Notes: generated from the letters alone by a model not told the origin. A stretch of DNA of 64,000 bases from Candidatus Omnitrophota bacterium (GCA_026387235.1 JAPLMD010000026.1:973-64972), one strand, 5' to 3'; shown: positions 1-11,869, numbered from the stretch's first letter. Program-made: numbers and translations.

Positions 1-544
1 GATAATCGTCGTATTTAAGCCCCATGCCCCCCAATATTATAATATCCACTTCCGCCTGCATCGCGATGCGGGCCAAAAGTTCATTGTAAGGCTCTCCTGG
101 CACTGAAAATATCGGAAGCTTCTGCGACTCTACGAGTGAATTAAATACATCTATCATTGGGATGCCGGTGCGGATCATTTTTCTGGGGATAATCCTCTTC
201 GCCGGGTTCACCGAAGGCCCGCCTATCTCCACCATGTTCTCTTCAAGCTTCGGCCCGTTATCCCTGGGAAGGCCGGCCCCGTTAAACAAGCGGCCCATGA
301 GATTTTCCGTAAACGAAACTCTCATGGGATGCCCCAAAAATCTTATTTTATCTCCCGTAGAGATGCCGCGGCTGCCGGCGAATACCTGCAGATACACCCT
401 CTCTCCGTCTATCCTTATCACCTGCGCCAGGGATTTTCCCGCCCCGGAATAAATCTCAGCCAGGTCGCTGTAACCAATGTCTCCCGCCTCAACGGTAATT
501 ACGTTGCCGGCTATCTGAATTATGCGGTTATATATTTTTTGCAT
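1..544 (-). CDS. ntpB: V/A-type ATP synthase subunit B, second (Chlamydia/Bacteroidota/spirochete-type) operon; runs off the window edge
   Basis: Not in the ORF track. Manual translation from ATG at 544: [21 protein letters not shown]...[23 protein letters not shown]. Overlaps the subunit A stop. Confidence 0.92.
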   Translation of the reverse strand, partial: MQKIYNRIIQIAGNVITVEAGDIGYSDLAEIYSGAGKSLAQVIRIDGERVYLQVFAGSRGISTGDKIRFLGHPMRVSFTENLMGRLFNGAGLPRDNGPKLEENMVEIGGPSVNPAKRIIPRKMIRTGIPMIDVFNSLVESQKLPIFSVPGEPYNELLARIAMQAEVDIIILGGMGLKYDDY

Positions 545-2253
545 ATTTCTTTTACCTGGTTTTCCTTTTTGTAAAACCCGTCCGACTGCCACTCGGACGA
601 ATTCCATTCGATAAATACCTGCCTCAGGCCCTGGAAAAATTTTCTGGCGGAGTCCTTATCTTTGAAATTAAATCCGGATTCCATGATCCCATGCAGCGCG
701 TGAAACACGTATTTCTGCCTTTCTTCAATCGTGGCCGCGTCCACTTCGTCAAACGCATTCTGCTGGAGATACACGTCGTCTATAAACTCGCCTTTAAGGT
801 AAATCGCGAAATCCGAAAGAGATGTGCCTTCTTCTCCCACGACCTTCATCATCTGCTTCACTTCATAGCTCCTTCGTAAAACAGCCTGGGCCTTTTTTAT
901 TTCTTTCTCGTCTATGAAACTAGCGTATTTGCTCCAGCTCTCAAGAGGGTCTATCGCGGGATATCTTCTGGCGTCTGATCTTTCGCGCGAAAGCCCGTGA
1001 AACGCGCCTACGACTTTTAATGTGGCTTGCGTGACAGGCTCTTCAAAGTTTCCTCCGGCCGGGCTCACTGTGCCGCCTATCGTAACAGAGCCTGAACTTC
1101 CGTCGTGTAATCTTACCAGGCCCGCCCTTTCATAAAATGAGGCGATCCTATTTTCAAGATACGCGGGAAACGCTTCTTCTCCCGGAATTTCTTCAAGTCT
1201 TCCTGACATCTCGCGCATTGCCTGCGCCCATCTGGAAGTGGAATCAGCGAGCAGAAGCGCATTTAGTCCCATCTGGCGGTAATACTCAGCAATGGTAACG
1301 GCTGTATAAACGCTTGATTCCCTGGCGCTCACCGGCATCGAGCTGGTGTTGCAGATAATAACAGTCCGCTCTATCAGGCTTTTCTTTGTCCTGGGATCTA
1401 CAAGATGCGGGAATTCCCTCAATGTCTCTACAACCTCGCCTGCCCTTTCTCCGCACGCCGCTATGATAACTATGTCGACTTCCGCGTGTTTGCTTATTAA
1501 CTGCTGCAAAACTGTTTTTCCCGAACCAAAAGGCCCTGGTATGCAGTATGTCCCGCCCAAGGCGACCGGCATGAGCGTATCAATAATCCTGATTTTTGTA
1601 GTCAATGGTTTTACAGGCCTTAATTTTTCGGCAAAGCATGCTATGGGCACTTTTACAGGCCAGGACTGAGACATAGTAACAGGATAAATATTTCCGTTCT
1701 CGTCTTTCAGCTCCGCTATCAAGTGTTTTATGTTATACCTGCCTTTACCGGCTATCTTCGCTACTTCAACCTGGCCTTTTAAGATAAACGGCGCCATGAT
1801 CCAGTGCTCAAAAATACCTTCGGCCGTAAATCCTAATTTTTCTCCGGGTTTTATTTTCTGGCCGATTTTAGCGGCCGGCGTAAATTCCCATTCTTTTTTA
1901 GCGTCCAGCGCTTCCAAGTATAATCCTCTTTTTAAGAAAAACCCTGTCTTTTCGGCTAATTGCGGCAATGGATTCTGCAGGCCGTCGAATATCTGGCCCA
2001 ATAGCCCGGGCCCCAGTTCTACGGAAAGAAGCTCGCCTGTAAATTCCACTCTTTCTCCGAGCTTGAGGCCTTTCGTATCTTCATATATCTGGAGTTCAGC
2101 GACATTGCCCCTGACGCGTATCACTTCTGACTTAAGGCGCTCTTCATTATGCGCGATAAAAGCGACTTCATTCTGCATGACATGGTCTTTAAACTCGACC
2201 GTTGCCATGTTCCCGTTTATGCCGGTTAGTATCCCGATTCTTTCCGCGTTCAT
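520..2253 (-). CDS. ntpA: V/A-type ATP synthase subunit A (operon 2)
   Basis: Walker [38 protein letters not shown]. Confidence 0.96.
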   Translation of the reverse strand: MNAERIGILTGINGNMATVEFKDHVMQNEVAFIAHNEERLKSEVIRVRGNVAELQIYEDTKGLKLGERVEFTGELLSVELGPGLLGQIFDGLQNPLPQLAEKTGFFLKRGLYLEALDAKKEWEFTPAAKIGQKIKPGEKLGFTAEGIFEHWIMAPFILKGQVEVAKIAGKGRYNIKHLIAELKDENGNIYPVTMSQSWPVKVPIACFAEKLRPVKPLTTKIRIIDTLMPVALGGTYCIPGPFGSGKTVLQQLISKHAEVDIVIIAACGERAGEVVETLREFPHLVDPRTKKSLIERTVIICNTSSMPVSARESSVYTAVTIAEYYRQMGLNALLLADSTSRWAQAMREMSGRLEEIPGEEAFPAYLENRIASFYERAGLVRLHDGSSGSVTIGGTVSPAGGNFEEPVTQATLKVVGAFHGLSRERSDARRYPAIDPLESWSKYASFIDEKEIKKAQAVLRRSYEVKQMMKVVGEEGTSLSDFAIYLKGEFIDDVYLQQNAFDEVDAATIEERQKYVFHALHGIMESGFNFKDKDSARKFFQGLRQVFIEWNSSEWQSDGFYKKENQVKEICKKYITA

Positions 2254-2750
2254 GTTTTTCCTGTCAATCCTTCTAAAATTTTCATGCCATCGCCTGAATT
2301 AATCCTGTCCCATCTCTCTAATATCTGAAGCTGTAAACCGTATGCCGCAAGATATTCCGTGTCGAAATAATGGCCGGATTTGATCTCTTCTATCTTCTCC
2401 CATCTTATCTTATCCAGATACATTTCCGCGTCCATGGGCGAATGTTGATTCACTGCCCAGTGCGCCAAAGGCGCGATAAAAGGATCAATGCCCTCGCTGC
2501 CGCGTAAATAACTATTCGGATCTTTGCCTTTTTTAACAGCCCTTGTTCTTGCGAGTTCGTTTCTGAGGCCTGTGTCAAAAATCTTCCATTTTTTCAGCAA
2601 AGGGTTTTTATCCTCTTTTAAAGCGCCCATTTCATCCTGGCTCAATTGCCGGCCGCACTCTTCAAGAAAATCCGAATAAGAGAACGCCGGCTTCATGCCG
2701 AAATGAAGCATAGGTAAACTTGCGATTAAATAATAGTAACTATTTTTCAT
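2250..2750 (-). CDS. DUF2764-like protein (short subunit C/d-like of Chlamydia-type V-ATPase operons)
   Basis: N-terminal YYYLIASLP, LRNELARTRA, HYFDTEYLAAY; lies between E and A. Confidence 0.8.
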   Translation of the reverse strand: MKNSYYYLIASLPMLHFGMKPAFSYSDFLEECGRQLSQDEMGALKEDKNPLLKKWKIFDTGLRNELARTRAVKKGKDPNSYLRGSEGIDPFIAPLAHWAVNQHSPMDAEMYLDKIRWEKIEEIKSGHYFDTEYLAAYGLQLQILERWDRINSGDGMKILEGLTGKT

Positions 2751-3349
2751 TTTATTACTTTAGCTAATTCCGGATTAAGATATACGCACAAAGTTTCCAG
2801 CAATCCTTCATCGCTGAAATCAAAATATGATTTGCCTTTATCAAAACTTATGGAAAATCCTGCGTTTATATTTGCCGACGGCCTGAATTCCACGCCGGCC
2901 TTGATCCTGTCCTTTAATTTAGACATGACAGAGTCTTTTATTTTTTCCAGGTCTTCTTTTTTTACCAGCACTTTTATGTCGCCTGCCTGGCTGTTTTTAT
3001 CAATATATTTATCTATCAGGCCTGCCAGTATGCCTGTCATCTCTTCATTGGACAGGGCCTTATTTATCTCGCCTGCTATAATCTTATTTAATATATTTTT
3101 TATATCTTCTTTCAAGGAAAGCAAAAGATCCCTGGATGCATGTTTTACGCTGAGATCGGCATTCGCTTTGGTTTTCTCAGCCTCAACCTTAGCCTTCTGA
3201 ACAATCTCATCAGCAAGTTTCTTGGCGTTTTCCAGTATCTTCCCTGCGTCTACCCTGGCCTTATCTTCTATGGCCCTGGCCTTTTCCTCCGCTGATTTTA
3301 TCCCTTCCTGGTTTATTTTTTCAAGAAGATCTTTTAAATTTTCTGACAT
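2747..3349 (-). CDS. ntpE: V/A-type ATP synthase subunit E (operon 2)
   Basis: LLEKINQEGI N-terminal coiled coil; AGFSIS...YFDFSDEGL...YLNPEL C-terminus; first gene of the operon. Confidence 0.88.
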   Translation of the reverse strand: MSENLKDLLEKINQEGIKSAEEKARAIEDKARVDAGKILENAKKLADEIVQKAKVEAEKTKANADLSVKHASRDLLLSLKEDIKNILNKIIAGEINKALSNEEMTGILAGLIDKYIDKNSQAGDIKVLVKKEDLEKIKDSVMSKLKDRIKAGVEFRPSANINAGFSISFDKGKSYFDFSDEGLLETLCVYLNPELAKVIK

Positions 3350-3359
3350 AATTCACCTC

Positions 3360-3426
3360 TATTCTTCTCGACTTCGCTCGAAGAATATTGTTCGAGCGAT
3401 CCGCCGCAGGCGGAGAGTCGAGAACT
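3360..3426. repeat. REP-like palindromic element, family A copy 1 (intergenic)
   Basis: ttctcgact-tcgctcgaa...ttcgagcga-(tccgcc gca ggcgga)-g-agtcgagaa. First 28 nt identical to 57002-57029. Confidence 0.8.
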
Positions 3427-3432
3427 CAGGTA

Positions 3433-3909
3433 TTATACTAACTCTTTATACAGCCTCTCTGCTTCTTGGGGATTTTTGAGTATTACTACAGGGCACGGAG
3501 ATTCTCTGAATATCCTTTCTCCCTCGCTGTAAAGCGCCTCTTTCCAGGACAAAACCTCTTTTAGATCTCCCATAACCAGCAGATCAGCCCCTAGTTCTCT
3601 TGCCTTGCCGGCTATTTCGCTATGAACCTCTCCCTTTAAAATCAAGTGTTCAAATTCCACTTTTTTATTTTCCGCCAAGGTTTTAACCCTTTGCATGAAA
3701 AGCCTGGACTGCTGTTCCATGTCTATCTCGTATTCCTTTGCCTCTATCTCCACAAATACCCTGCTTTTCAATAACTCCTGTATCGCGTTTTCGTCTATAA
3801 CATAAACGGCAATCAATTTTACCTGAAGAAGCTTCGCGAGATATATCGCGTACTTCGCGGTAATTATAGAAGCCGGCCCGCCTGCGAGCGGGGTAATAAT
3901 CTGCTTCAT
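3433..3909 (-). CDS. Universal stress protein (UspA family)
   Basis: 158 aa; AIYLAK...VYVID, GADLLVMG, C-terminal SPCPVVIL. Confidence 0.88.
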   Translation of the reverse strand: MKQIITPLAGGPASIITAKYAIYLAKLLQVKLIAVYVIDENAIQELLKSRVFVEIEAKEYEIDMEQQSRLFMQRVKTLAENKKVEFEHLILKGEVHSEIAGKARELGADLLVMGDLKEVLSWKEALYSEGERIFRESPCPVVILKNPQEAERLYKELV

Positions 3910-4523
3910 TACCTTATCCTTTCCTTTATAATCTTCAGCATTGAAAACGCTTCTCTTGAATCTTCGTCAAGCCTGTCGTTTATATATTTCACGCTGTCTT
4001 CATAAAAAGGCAGGTATATCTTTTCAAGGGCATTTACCTTTCTTATTGTTTTCTGGACCTCTTTGGCAATCCTGATAAGAGCTATCTTTTTTTCCGCAAG
4101 CTGGGTTATCAGCTTCAGGACTTCTTTGAACCTTATTATAACTTCATCCACATGAAAACTTACTTCATACGTGCTATAGTACGGAGGGTTTTCCTTTACG
4201 TTCATGTTTATTATAGGCAAGCTTACGCCCATGACTCTTCTTTCGGTAATAGAAAGGTTTGTTTTTATGTCTATTGAAAAACTCAATTCTTCTAATCTTT
4301 TTCTGCCCATTATGACAATGGTTTTATCTACGAGCCCATACGCGCTCTGCATGGCAGCATCCACCTCGCGCTGGAGCTTGTCCACGATATGGACGATAGA
4401 AGTCAGTTCATTTATAAGAATCCTTCTTTTCTCGTCTAAAAGATCGTGGCCTTCTCTTGTGAGAGACAATAGCTTCTTGGACTTTAAAAGATTTGTTTTT
4501 GTGGCGGCAATATTAATTTTCAT
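3909..4523 (-). CDS. ntpD: V/A-type ATP synthase subunit D (operon 1)
   Basis: ATKTNLL...[12 protein letters not shown]; [15 protein letters not shown]. Confidence 0.93.
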   Translation of the reverse strand: MKINIAATKTNLLKSKKLLSLTREGHDLLDEKRRILINELTSIVHIVDKLQREVDAAMQSAYGLVDKTIVIMGRKRLEELSFSIDIKTNLSITERRVMGVSLPIINMNVKENPPYYSTYEVSFHVDEVIIRFKEVLKLITQLAEKKIALIRIAKEVQKTIRKVNALEKIYLPFYEDSVKYINDRLDEDSREAFSMLKIIKERIR

Positions 4524-5902
4524 TGTTTTTTCTTATAGTGCTTTTTCAAATCTTCTTCGCGTATCCTCACCAGCTCTTCCGCAGGAAGAGATGATACAAT
4601 ATCCCATCCCAGATCCAGCCCGTCTTCCATGGTCCTGCGCTCCATATGCCCCTGGCTCAGGAATTTTTTCTCAAAATCTTCTCCGAATTTCAGATAAAGT
4701 TTATCCAGGCTGGAAAGCTCTTCTTCTCCTATGATCGACGCGAGCGCCCTGACATCTTTCACGTGGGCGTAGCACGCGAATAACTGCGAAGCCAAAGGCG
4801 GATGATCGTCTCTGGTGAGGCCTTTTCCTATATTATCTTTCATGAGCCTTGACAGAGACGGAAGCCCTGCTATGGGAGGATATATCCCTCTATTGTACAT
4901 CTCTCTCTCGAGAACAATCTGGCCTTCAGTAATGTAGCCCGTGAGGTCAGGTATAGGATGAGTGATGTCGTCGTTAGGCATTGTGAGAATAGGAATCTGC
5001 GTTATAGAGCCTTTGATCCCTTTTATCATACCTGCTCTTTCGTATATGCTCGCCAGGTCGCTATAAAGGTACCCTGGATAGCCTTTTCTAGCCGGTATCT
5101 CGCCTCTTATCGTGGAAACCTCTCTCAACGCCTCGCAATAATTCGACATGTCTGTCATAATTACAAGGACGTGCATGTTTTTCTTGAACGCCAGGTATTC
5201 CGCGCAGGTCAATGCCAGCCTGGGGGTTAAAAGCCTTTCTGTTGACGGGCTGTCAGCCAGGCTCAAAAATATCGCTACCCTTTCAAGGACCCCTGATTCT
5301 TCGAAACTTTTTTGGAAAAATCTCGCCGTATCGTATTTAACTCCCATGGCCACGAAAATGACGCAGAAGTTTTCTCCCTTGACCTGCGACTGGCGCGCGA
5401 TCTGCGTGCCGAGAAGGTCGTGCGGCAGGCCGCTTCCTGAAAATATCGGAAGCTTCTGGCCTCTCACGAGCGTATTCATGACGTCTATTGAAGAAATGCC
5501 TGTCTCTATGATGTTCTCGGGATAATTTCTTGAAACAGGATTTATCGCCAGGCCGTTCACGTTTACCATTTCATCGTACACAGGCCTTGGCATGCCGTCC
5601 AGAGGATTGCCCAGGCCGTCAAAAACCCTGCCCAGGACATCTTCAGACACTCCCATTAAAAGCGGCTTTTCTTTAAAATTCACCCTGCAATTTTTTATAG
5701 CCAGGCCGCTTGTGCCTCCCAGGACTTCCACGATCGCGAAACCTTTGCCGACCTCAAGCGTAATCCCCGGCCTGGACCTGCCTTCGTCATCGACTATCTC
5801 CACAATCTCGTTATATCCTACGTTGTGGATATTGCGTATGATAAAAATAGGCCCTGTTATTTCTTCCAGTCCGACATATTCCCTTAGATTATATTCTTTC
5901 AT
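4520..5902 (-). CDS. ntpB: V/A-type ATP synthase subunit B (operon 1)
   Basis: [51 protein letters not shown]. Confidence 0.96.
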   Translation of the reverse strand: MKEYNLREYVGLEEITGPIFIIRNIHNVGYNEIVEIVDDEGRSRPGITLEVGKGFAIVEVLGGTSGLAIKNCRVNFKEKPLLMGVSEDVLGRVFDGLGNPLDGMPRPVYDEMVNVNGLAINPVSRNYPENIIETGISSIDVMNTLVRGQKLPIFSGSGLPHDLLGTQIARQSQVKGENFCVIFVAMGVKYDTARFFQKSFEESGVLERVAIFLSLADSPSTERLLTPRLALTCAEYLAFKKNMHVLVIMTDMSNYCEALREVSTIRGEIPARKGYPGYLYSDLASIYERAGMIKGIKGSITQIPILTMPNDDITHPIPDLTGYITEGQIVLEREMYNRGIYPPIAGLPSLSRLMKDNIGKGLTRDDHPPLASQLFACYAHVKDVRALASIIGEEELSSLDKLYLKFGEDFEKKFLSQGHMERRTMEDGLDLGWDIVSSLPAEELVRIREEDLKKHYKKKQ

Positions 5903-5903
5903 A

Positions 5904-7667
5904 TCAAAACTCCAATCCTTCGAGAGAGCTTTCTACTTCGGAAGGCAGCCCGGCTAATTTATCCATGTCTTCTTTTGACTCTGAATATTTAAACCTCATC
6001 CTTATAAGCTCCTGATAAATCTGGCTCTCTTTTATCTCGCTTATATTCATGCCTTTTTTAATAAGCCCGTCGCTTTTCTCGTAAAACTTGATTATGGATT
6101 TCAACATCAGAAATTGTTTGCGGCTCGAGGAATACGCGTCGATATCATCAAAAGCGCTCTGCTGCAGAAACGTATTCTTGAATATGGTGCACGTCTCAAG
6201 TATCAGCCTCTGCCTGTGGGGCAATATATCAGGCCCTACAAGCTTCACAACCTGGAGAAGCCTTTGCTCTTTCTGTAAAAGCTCCATTATGGCGTATCTC
6301 ATAGAAAGCCAGTCTTTATCTACATTTTTATGCCACCAGCCTTTCACGTCGTCCAGATATTCTGAATAGCTGTCTATCCAGCTTATAGAAGGATAATGCC
6401 TTGCGTTTGCGAGGTCCCTGTCGAGCGCCCAGAAACAGCGTATAAATCTCTTTGTGTGCGACGTAACAGGCTCTGAAAAATCTCCGCCCGGAGGAGAAAC
6501 AGAAGCGATAATCGTAATAGAGCCGTTTTCATTATTAAGGGTAGTGATTTTGCCTGCCCTTTCATAGAATTCAGCGAGCCTTGAAGGGAGATACGCCGGA
6601 AATCCTTCTTCAAGAGGCATCTCTTCCAGCCTTCCTGAAAGCTCTCTCAGCGCCTCTGCCCATCTTGAAGTAGAATCAGCCATAAGCGCTACGCTATAAC
6701 CCATGTCCCTGTAATATTCCGCGAGCGTAATACCCGTATAGATGCTGGCTTCTCTCGCCGCAACAGGCATGTTGGAAGTATTTGCTATGAATATGGTCCT
6801 TTCCATGATAGGCCTTTTAGTAACGGGATCGATAAGCTTCGGGAAATTTAAAAGAATATCCGTCATCTCGTTTCCTCTTTCCCCGCAGCCCACGTATATG
6901 ACTATATCCGCATTGCTCCACTTGGCAATCTGATGCTGGATAACAGTCTTGCCTGTCCCGAATCCTCCGGGCACGACAACGCATCCGCCCTTCGCGACAG
7001 GGAACAGCGTATCAATAACTCTCTGGCCGGTAATAAGAGGCTCGTCTACGGGAACCCTTTCTCCGTAAGGCCTGGGACGCCTGACAGGCCACTTTTGATA
7101 CATGAAAATTTCTTTTTCAGAATCCTTTTCTACTAATACCGCGATTTTTTCTTCTAAAGAATATTCGCCTCCCGCAGCAATCCATTTAATCTTTCCATGG
7201 GCATCCGGCGGAACTAAAATCTTGTGTTTTATCAAATTGGTTTCCTGAACTGCTCCTATAACTTCTCCCCGCTTTATATAATCGCCTTCTTTTTTCAAAG
7301 GCTCGAAATGCCATTTCTTTTTCCTGTCCAGGGCAGTGACGTGAACGCCTCTATTGATATAAAAGCCTTCTTTTTCTCTTAATATCTCAAGCGGCCGCTG
7401 TATCCCGTCGTAGATATTTCCCAATAGCCCGGGCCCTAATTCAACGTACAGAGGAAATCCCTGAGTATAGATAATATCTCCTGCTTTAAGAGAAGTAGTA
7501 TCTTCATAAACCTGGATATAGGCCTTGTCGTTTTTTAATCTTACAACCTCTCCGACAAGATGCTCCTGGCCTACCTCCACCATGTCCAGCATCCTTAAGA
7601 AAGTAACCTCTTCCGCTTCAACGACAGGCCCCATTACCCTATACACCTTACCCGCAGCCTTTAACAT
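5904..7667 (-). CDS. ntpA: V/A-type ATP synthase subunit A (operon 1)
   Basis: Walker [39 protein letters not shown]. Confidence 0.96.
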   Translation of the reverse strand: MLKAAGKVYRVMGPVVEAEEVTFLRMLDMVEVGQEHLVGEVVRLKNDKAYIQVYEDTTSLKAGDIIYTQGFPLYVELGPGLLGNIYDGIQRPLEILREKEGFYINRGVHVTALDRKKKWHFEPLKKEGDYIKRGEVIGAVQETNLIKHKILVPPDAHGKIKWIAAGGEYSLEEKIAVLVEKDSEKEIFMYQKWPVRRPRPYGERVPVDEPLITGQRVIDTLFPVAKGGCVVVPGGFGTGKTVIQHQIAKWSNADIVIYVGCGERGNEMTDILLNFPKLIDPVTKRPIMERTIFIANTSNMPVAAREASIYTGITLAEYYRDMGYSVALMADSTSRWAEALRELSGRLEEMPLEEGFPAYLPSRLAEFYERAGKITTLNNENGSITIIASVSPPGGDFSEPVTSHTKRFIRCFWALDRDLANARHYPSISWIDSYSEYLDDVKGWWHKNVDKDWLSMRYAIMELLQKEQRLLQVVKLVGPDILPHRQRLILETCTIFKNTFLQQSAFDDIDAYSSSRKQFLMLKSIIKFYEKSDGLIKKGMNISEIKESQIYQELIRMRFKYSESKEDMDKLAGLPSEVESSLEGLEF

Positions 7668-8285
7668 CTAGAACACTCCCTTCAATAAATCCATGTATAT
7701 ATCATCATGCAGCCTTTTAAACCTGGCAGAAAACGTATTATCGTAAATAAGCCTGGAATCCTTTGATTGCACGATTACGCCTATATCCTTAAAATCGCAT
7801 TTTTTAAATTCAAGCGTAACGCCGTTTATATTTTTTATAAAATCCCCTTTTATTATTTTTTCATCGAGCGCTGAATACAGGACATCAACATCTCTCTCTC
7901 CTATAACCTCAACGCCTTCCGATATGGCTTTCTCCAGGAACGCTTTATAACCCTGATCTTTCCTGAATTCCGCGGCTATCTCTCTTACCTTTTCAAGCAC
8001 TGTTTCTATGAATCTGCTTTTTTCTTCCAGAAAAAGTTTTTTCTTTTCAAGATTCAAGGTAGAGAATATTTTTTGCCTCATCTTCTCCACCTCAATATCA
8101 TTTTTTTTAAGAGCTTCTTTCTTTTTATTTTCCGCCTCCTGGTTCGCTTCTTCCAGGATTTTGGATTTTTCTTTCCCGGCTCTTGTAAGTATGGAGCCGG
8201 CCTGAGCGGAAGCGTCTTCTATTATCTTTCTGCAGATTTCTCCCGCATCTTCTATCCTTGCTTTTGAATAAAGAGACTTGTCCAT
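7668..8285 (-). CDS. ntpE: V/A-type ATP synthase subunit E (operon 1)
   Basis: N-terminal coiled coil, C-terminal GVIV...YDNTFSARF; lies between F and A. Confidence 0.88.
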   Translation of the reverse strand: MDKSLYSKARIEDAGEICRKIIEDASAQAGSILTRAGKEKSKILEEANQEAENKKKEALKKNDIEVEKMRQKIFSTLNLEKKKLFLEEKSRFIETVLEKVREIAAEFRKDQGYKAFLEKAISEGVEVIGERDVDVLYSALDEKIIKGDFIKNINGVTLEFKKCDFKDIGVIVQSKDSRLIYDNTFSARFKRLHDDIYMDLLKGVF

Positions 8286-8587
8286 CAGACGCTCACTCCT
8301 ATTATATCCTTCAGATAATCTCCGACGCTTCTCCTCTTAGCAGATCCTCCCCTTGAGGGAAGCTCGAGTATAAGAGGCATCTGGTTCTTGTACATAAGAT
8401 TATCCAGTTCCTGCCTTAAAAATAACGCTGCCTTTTCAGTCACCAGAATCACCCCTGCTTCTTCTGTTGCCAGCGCCACCTTTAAAGCCTCCAAGGCATT
8501 GGAACGGCTGGCAACCTCTCTTGTCTCTACGCCGGCCAGCCTGAAACCAAGGCCTGATTCCTTATCAGCTATGCAGAAAAACGTCAT
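8285..8587 (-). CDS. ntpF: V/A-type ATP synthase subunit F
   Basis: IADKESGLGFRLAGV, PLILELP, C-terminal IIGVSV. Confidence 0.93.
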   Translation of the reverse strand: MTFFCIADKESGLGFRLAGVETREVASRSNALEALKVALATEEAGVILVTEKAALFLRQELDNLMYKNQMPLILELPSRGGSAKRRSVGDYLKDIIGVSV

Positions 8588-8916
8588 TATATTTTACCCA
8601 GGATCATTATAGCAATGATCAAGCCGTATATCGCGATACCTTCCGCAAGCCCTACGTATATCAGCGCTTTTCCTGCCATCTCCGGTTTCTCGCTTATCGC
8701 GCCTACTGCCGCCGCTCCTACGTGCGCCACTGCAATGCCTGCCGCAATCGCGCTAAGGCCTGTTGCGATCGATGCCGCTAAAAATGCCCATCCGACTATT
8801 GCCGGATCAGTTGCAGCCTGCTGCGCCTGCGCCCAAGCAGAACCGCAAAAAGAGATAAATAGAAAAAATATACAAAGCTTTACAACGCGCCACGACCATC
8901 TTATAATACGCTCCAT
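8587..8916 (-). CDS. ntpK: V/A-type ATP synthase proteolipid subunit K/c (single hairpin with an N-terminal leader)
   Basis: GAISEKPE loop, GLAEGIAIYG with the essential Glu; SD AGGAGGT before ATG 8916. Confidence 0.92.
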   Translation of the reverse strand: MERIIRWSWRVVKLCIFFLFISFCGSAWAQAQQAATDPAIVGWAFLAASIATGLSAIAAGIAVAHVGAAAVGAISEKPEMAGKALIYVGLAEGIAIYGLIIAIMILGKI

Positions 8917-8925
8917 GCCCACCTC

Positions 8926-10827
8926 CTAAATTTTGACCGGTTTATAAATCTCTTTGCCTGCCATGAAAAACTTTGAGAAAAACTCATAATAGTTCAGCCT
9001 CAGGGATTGTATGGTCACCACAAGCCCTTCTAGAAAAATTATAAGTATATTTCCTAAAATAACAACTAAAAAAGATAAAACCGCGCCGCCCGCGTCATTT
9101 ACGATCCGCGAGAGTTCGAATATAGCGATGAACAACCCCGCGTGCGCCAGCGCAAACGCGGCTATACGTATAAAGGATACTGTGTTCGCCAGATAGCTCA
9201 TGCCTACTTCCAGGATATCTATAGTGCTCTCCATGAGCGCTACCGGAATATTTTGTTTCTTTTTTTTAAAAATAGCCTCTATAAAAGGCTTCAGGAAAAG
9301 CAGGGTAACCCCGGCCGATATAATAGCGAAATAAATATTTATGCCCTGGGTTTTAGACATGGCCATTTTAGTAAAAAGCCCTATAGCTGACCAGTAGATA
9401 ATCCCGCCTATAAGGCCTGATTTGTCAAAAAGCGCTTTCAGATAATCCTTGTCCCTCATGGCATTTATTATATTTATCAGGATCCCGAGGCTTATAAAAC
9501 CCACGCCGAACATGATGCTAACTCTGAAAATCTCCATGATGTTCTCTATGGGCTTTATCCATAAAGAACGAAACTCTATCCCGAAAAAACTCCCGTAGAG
9601 CGCGCCGAATATGATCGAGCTTATCCCGCAGTATAGTAAAAGCGCGGATGCCTGCCTGACCTTTTCATTTTTACTAATTTTCAAAAACAGGCTCCCCAGG
9701 GACAATACAAGCCCGTGCCCTATGTCTCCGAACATGGCGCCGAACATGACGAGAAAGCCTATCGCGACGAATATCGTAGGATCAATGGTCCCATACCGCG
9801 GTATGCCGTAAGAATCTATTAATAATTCAAACGGCTTGAAAAACGCGTTATGCCTGAATCTCACCGGTATCTCTTCCTTCGGTATGTTCACTTCTTCCGC
9901 GTTCTTTGATTCAATGTAAGAGATTTTATCTATTCTTTTTATTTCTCTCACGACGTTTTCCTTTTCCTCCTTCGGGACCCAGCCTGAAAGAAGAACAGTT
10001 TTATCCGTTGTGCACAAATATTTTTTTGCCTCTAAAAGAGATTTTTTAAGCTTTATCAGGGATTGCATGCAGGACAAATCATCCCGGCGGCTTTCCCCTA
10101 CTTTTTTTATCTGATCTTGTACATCCTGGAGTTTCTTTTTTATGGCGCCTATTTCGCCTGACAACTTCCCTTCCACATCTTTGGAAATATCTTCCGTGTG
10201 CTTCGGAAATTCCATCTTTTCCCAAGCGATGTCCTTTAAAACCCTGTCTATAAAAACCCTGTCGCGCCTCAGCCCTATGAATAAAGCCGTGATCCTGTCG
10301 CCTTCTTTTTTAAAAGGATAAAATATATACGGGATATCCTTCAGGCTCCTTTCTAAAACTGAAATATTCTTCTCAACCGCCTTGCCCAGGGAAACCTCTA
10401 AAAAACTATACACCGATTCTCTTTTTAAAGAAAACAGCGGATAGGCTTTCAACTGCGAGAAGATGGAGTTTTTATTCTGCAGTTCTGAATCCAGCTCCTC
10501 TTTCTGGGCAAAAAAACGGGCTGCGTCATCCTCGATTCCGGTAAGTGTTTTTTTGATGTCATCGCAGGAAAAAGCCTTTATATCCTTGGCCGGCATAGGA
10601 GAAATGCCCAGCTTTTTTAAATTATCTCTTAATCTGGAGTCCAGCTCATCCCACTCAACGTATTCCTTGTCTATCTCATAAGGAGACAGCTCTCTCAGCT
10701 CATCCTCTATGTGACGTATATCAACCGGGTGAAATATCCCGAGTTTTAAAAGGTGATAGGTTACATCCTCTATCTTTTCTTTTAAAACAACCATGCTCAC
10801 TAATTCCATGCTTGATGCGGTCAGCAT
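8926..10827 (-). CDS. ntpI: V/A-type ATP synthase subunit I/a
   Basis: LLSGWVP, IDPT, FGAMFGDIGHG, NTVSFIRIAAFALAH, QSLRLNYYEFFSKF. Confidence 0.95.
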   Translation of the reverse strand: MLTASSMELVSMVVLKEKIEDVTYHLLKLGIFHPVDIRHIEDELRELSPYEIDKEYVEWDELDSRLRDNLKKLGISPMPAKDIKAFSCDDIKKTLTGIEDDAARFFAQKEELDSELQNKNSIFSQLKAYPLFSLKRESVYSFLEVSLGKAVEKNISVLERSLKDIPYIFYPFKKEGDRITALFIGLRRDRVFIDRVLKDIAWEKMEFPKHTEDISKDVEGKLSGEIGAIKKKLQDVQDQIKKVGESRRDDLSCMQSLIKLKKSLLEAKKYLCTTDKTVLLSGWVPKEEKENVVREIKRIDKISYIESKNAEEVNIPKEEIPVRFRHNAFFKPFELLIDSYGIPRYGTIDPTIFVAIGFLVMFGAMFGDIGHGLVLSLGSLFLKISKNEKVRQASALLLYCGISSIIFGALYGSFFGIEFRSLWIKPIENIMEIFRVSIMFGVGFISLGILINIINAMRDKDYLKALFDKSGLIGGIIYWSAIGLFTKMAMSKTQGINIYFAIISAGVTLLFLKPFIEAIFKKKKQNIPVALMESTIDILEVGMSYLANTVSFIRIAAFALAHAGLFIAIFELSRIVNDAGGAVLSFLVVILGNILIIFLEGLVVTIQSLRLNYYEFFSKFFMAGKEIYKPVKI

Positions 10828-11867
10828 ATATTTAACAGGTTATTTGTCTCGTCCCTTTTCCAGCCAAAATTTTTGGCGTATAAAAGAGAAATAATATTTT
10901 TCGTCTCATTTCTCTTCAACATCACATATCCAAGGATCGCGCCTATTGTAAAAGGATATCCGGAAAGGGCTCTCTTGACTTCTTTCAACAAGACCTCATG
11001 AAGGAAATTTTCTATAAGGGACATGTTTTCTTCTATAAGCTCTCTGACTTTGGCGTACGGGCCTAGCGCTACGCTATCCACGATCTTTGTAAGCCCGTCA
11101 GTCGTATAAAGGCTCGCGACGTTCTCTTTATTAATCCTCGCTCCGCCCGGAATCATCCATTCCAGGATATCGCCGGCTGCCAGGCTGTAATACTTCCTCA
11201 TCCTTATGAGCCAGTTTATGTTTTCGGTATCTATCTCTATGCCTATGACCCTTCTAGCTATCTCTTGATCGCGGGGAGAAAGCGATTCCGCGCAGGAAAG
11301 AATCCTCTGGCAATAATCAATATCCAAGCTGGCTTCCAGATAAAAAACAGATCCTTTTTCTTTGAATCTGTCCCGAGCGCGTAAAATAGGTTTTCTGTAA
11401 GGCGTGTCGTCCAGAAGAAGTATTATTTCCTCTATATTGGGAGCGTACATGATTTTTTTATAGTCTATATCAAAACTTATCTTCTCTCCTAAAATAAAAT
11501 CATCGGCGTTAACCGGTGTTTTTTTATTCCATATCCTCAATGCCGTCTTTAACTGTTCAAGCTCATACTTTTCTATAAAAAGGCTCATGAGTTCTTTTTC
11601 TGTTTTTCCCGGAGCGGATCTATATATCCTTCTGTATATACCCAAGTCATTTTTTATGAACAGCTTTTCGATAATCCTGAGATCCGTGATTTCTTTGGGG
11701 ATGCTTTCTATTGCGGCTTTATGATACGGCGATTCCTTTAACAGCTCCATGGCCTTATAAACATCTTCCGCCTCCAGCATCCTGGAAAATAAATCCGGGC
11801 TTATCAGGAATGAGATCATGGCCCTTATCTTGGCGTTGATAAAAGAATACGTGGCGAGTTCTCGCAT
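10821..11867 (-). CDS. ntpC: V/A-type ATP synthase subunit C/d
   Basis: YSFINAKIRAM, EIDTENINWLIR, ILGYVMLKRNETKNI. Confidence 0.9.
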   Translation of the reverse strand: MRELATYSFINAKIRAMISFLISPDLFSRMLEAEDVYKAMELLKESPYHKAAIESIPKEITDLRIIEKLFIKNDLGIYRRIYRSAPGKTEKELMSLFIEKYELEQLKTALRIWNKKTPVNADDFILGEKISFDIDYKKIMYAPNIEEIILLLDDTPYRKPILRARDRFKEKGSVFYLEASLDIDYCQRILSCAESLSPRDQEIARRVIGIEIDTENINWLIRMRKYYSLAAGDILEWMIPGGARINKENVASLYTTDGLTKIVDSVALGPYAKVRELIEENMSLIENFLHEVLLKEVKRALSGYPFTIGAILGYVMLKRNETKNIISLLYAKNFGWKRDETNNLLNIC

Positions 11868-11869
11868 AT

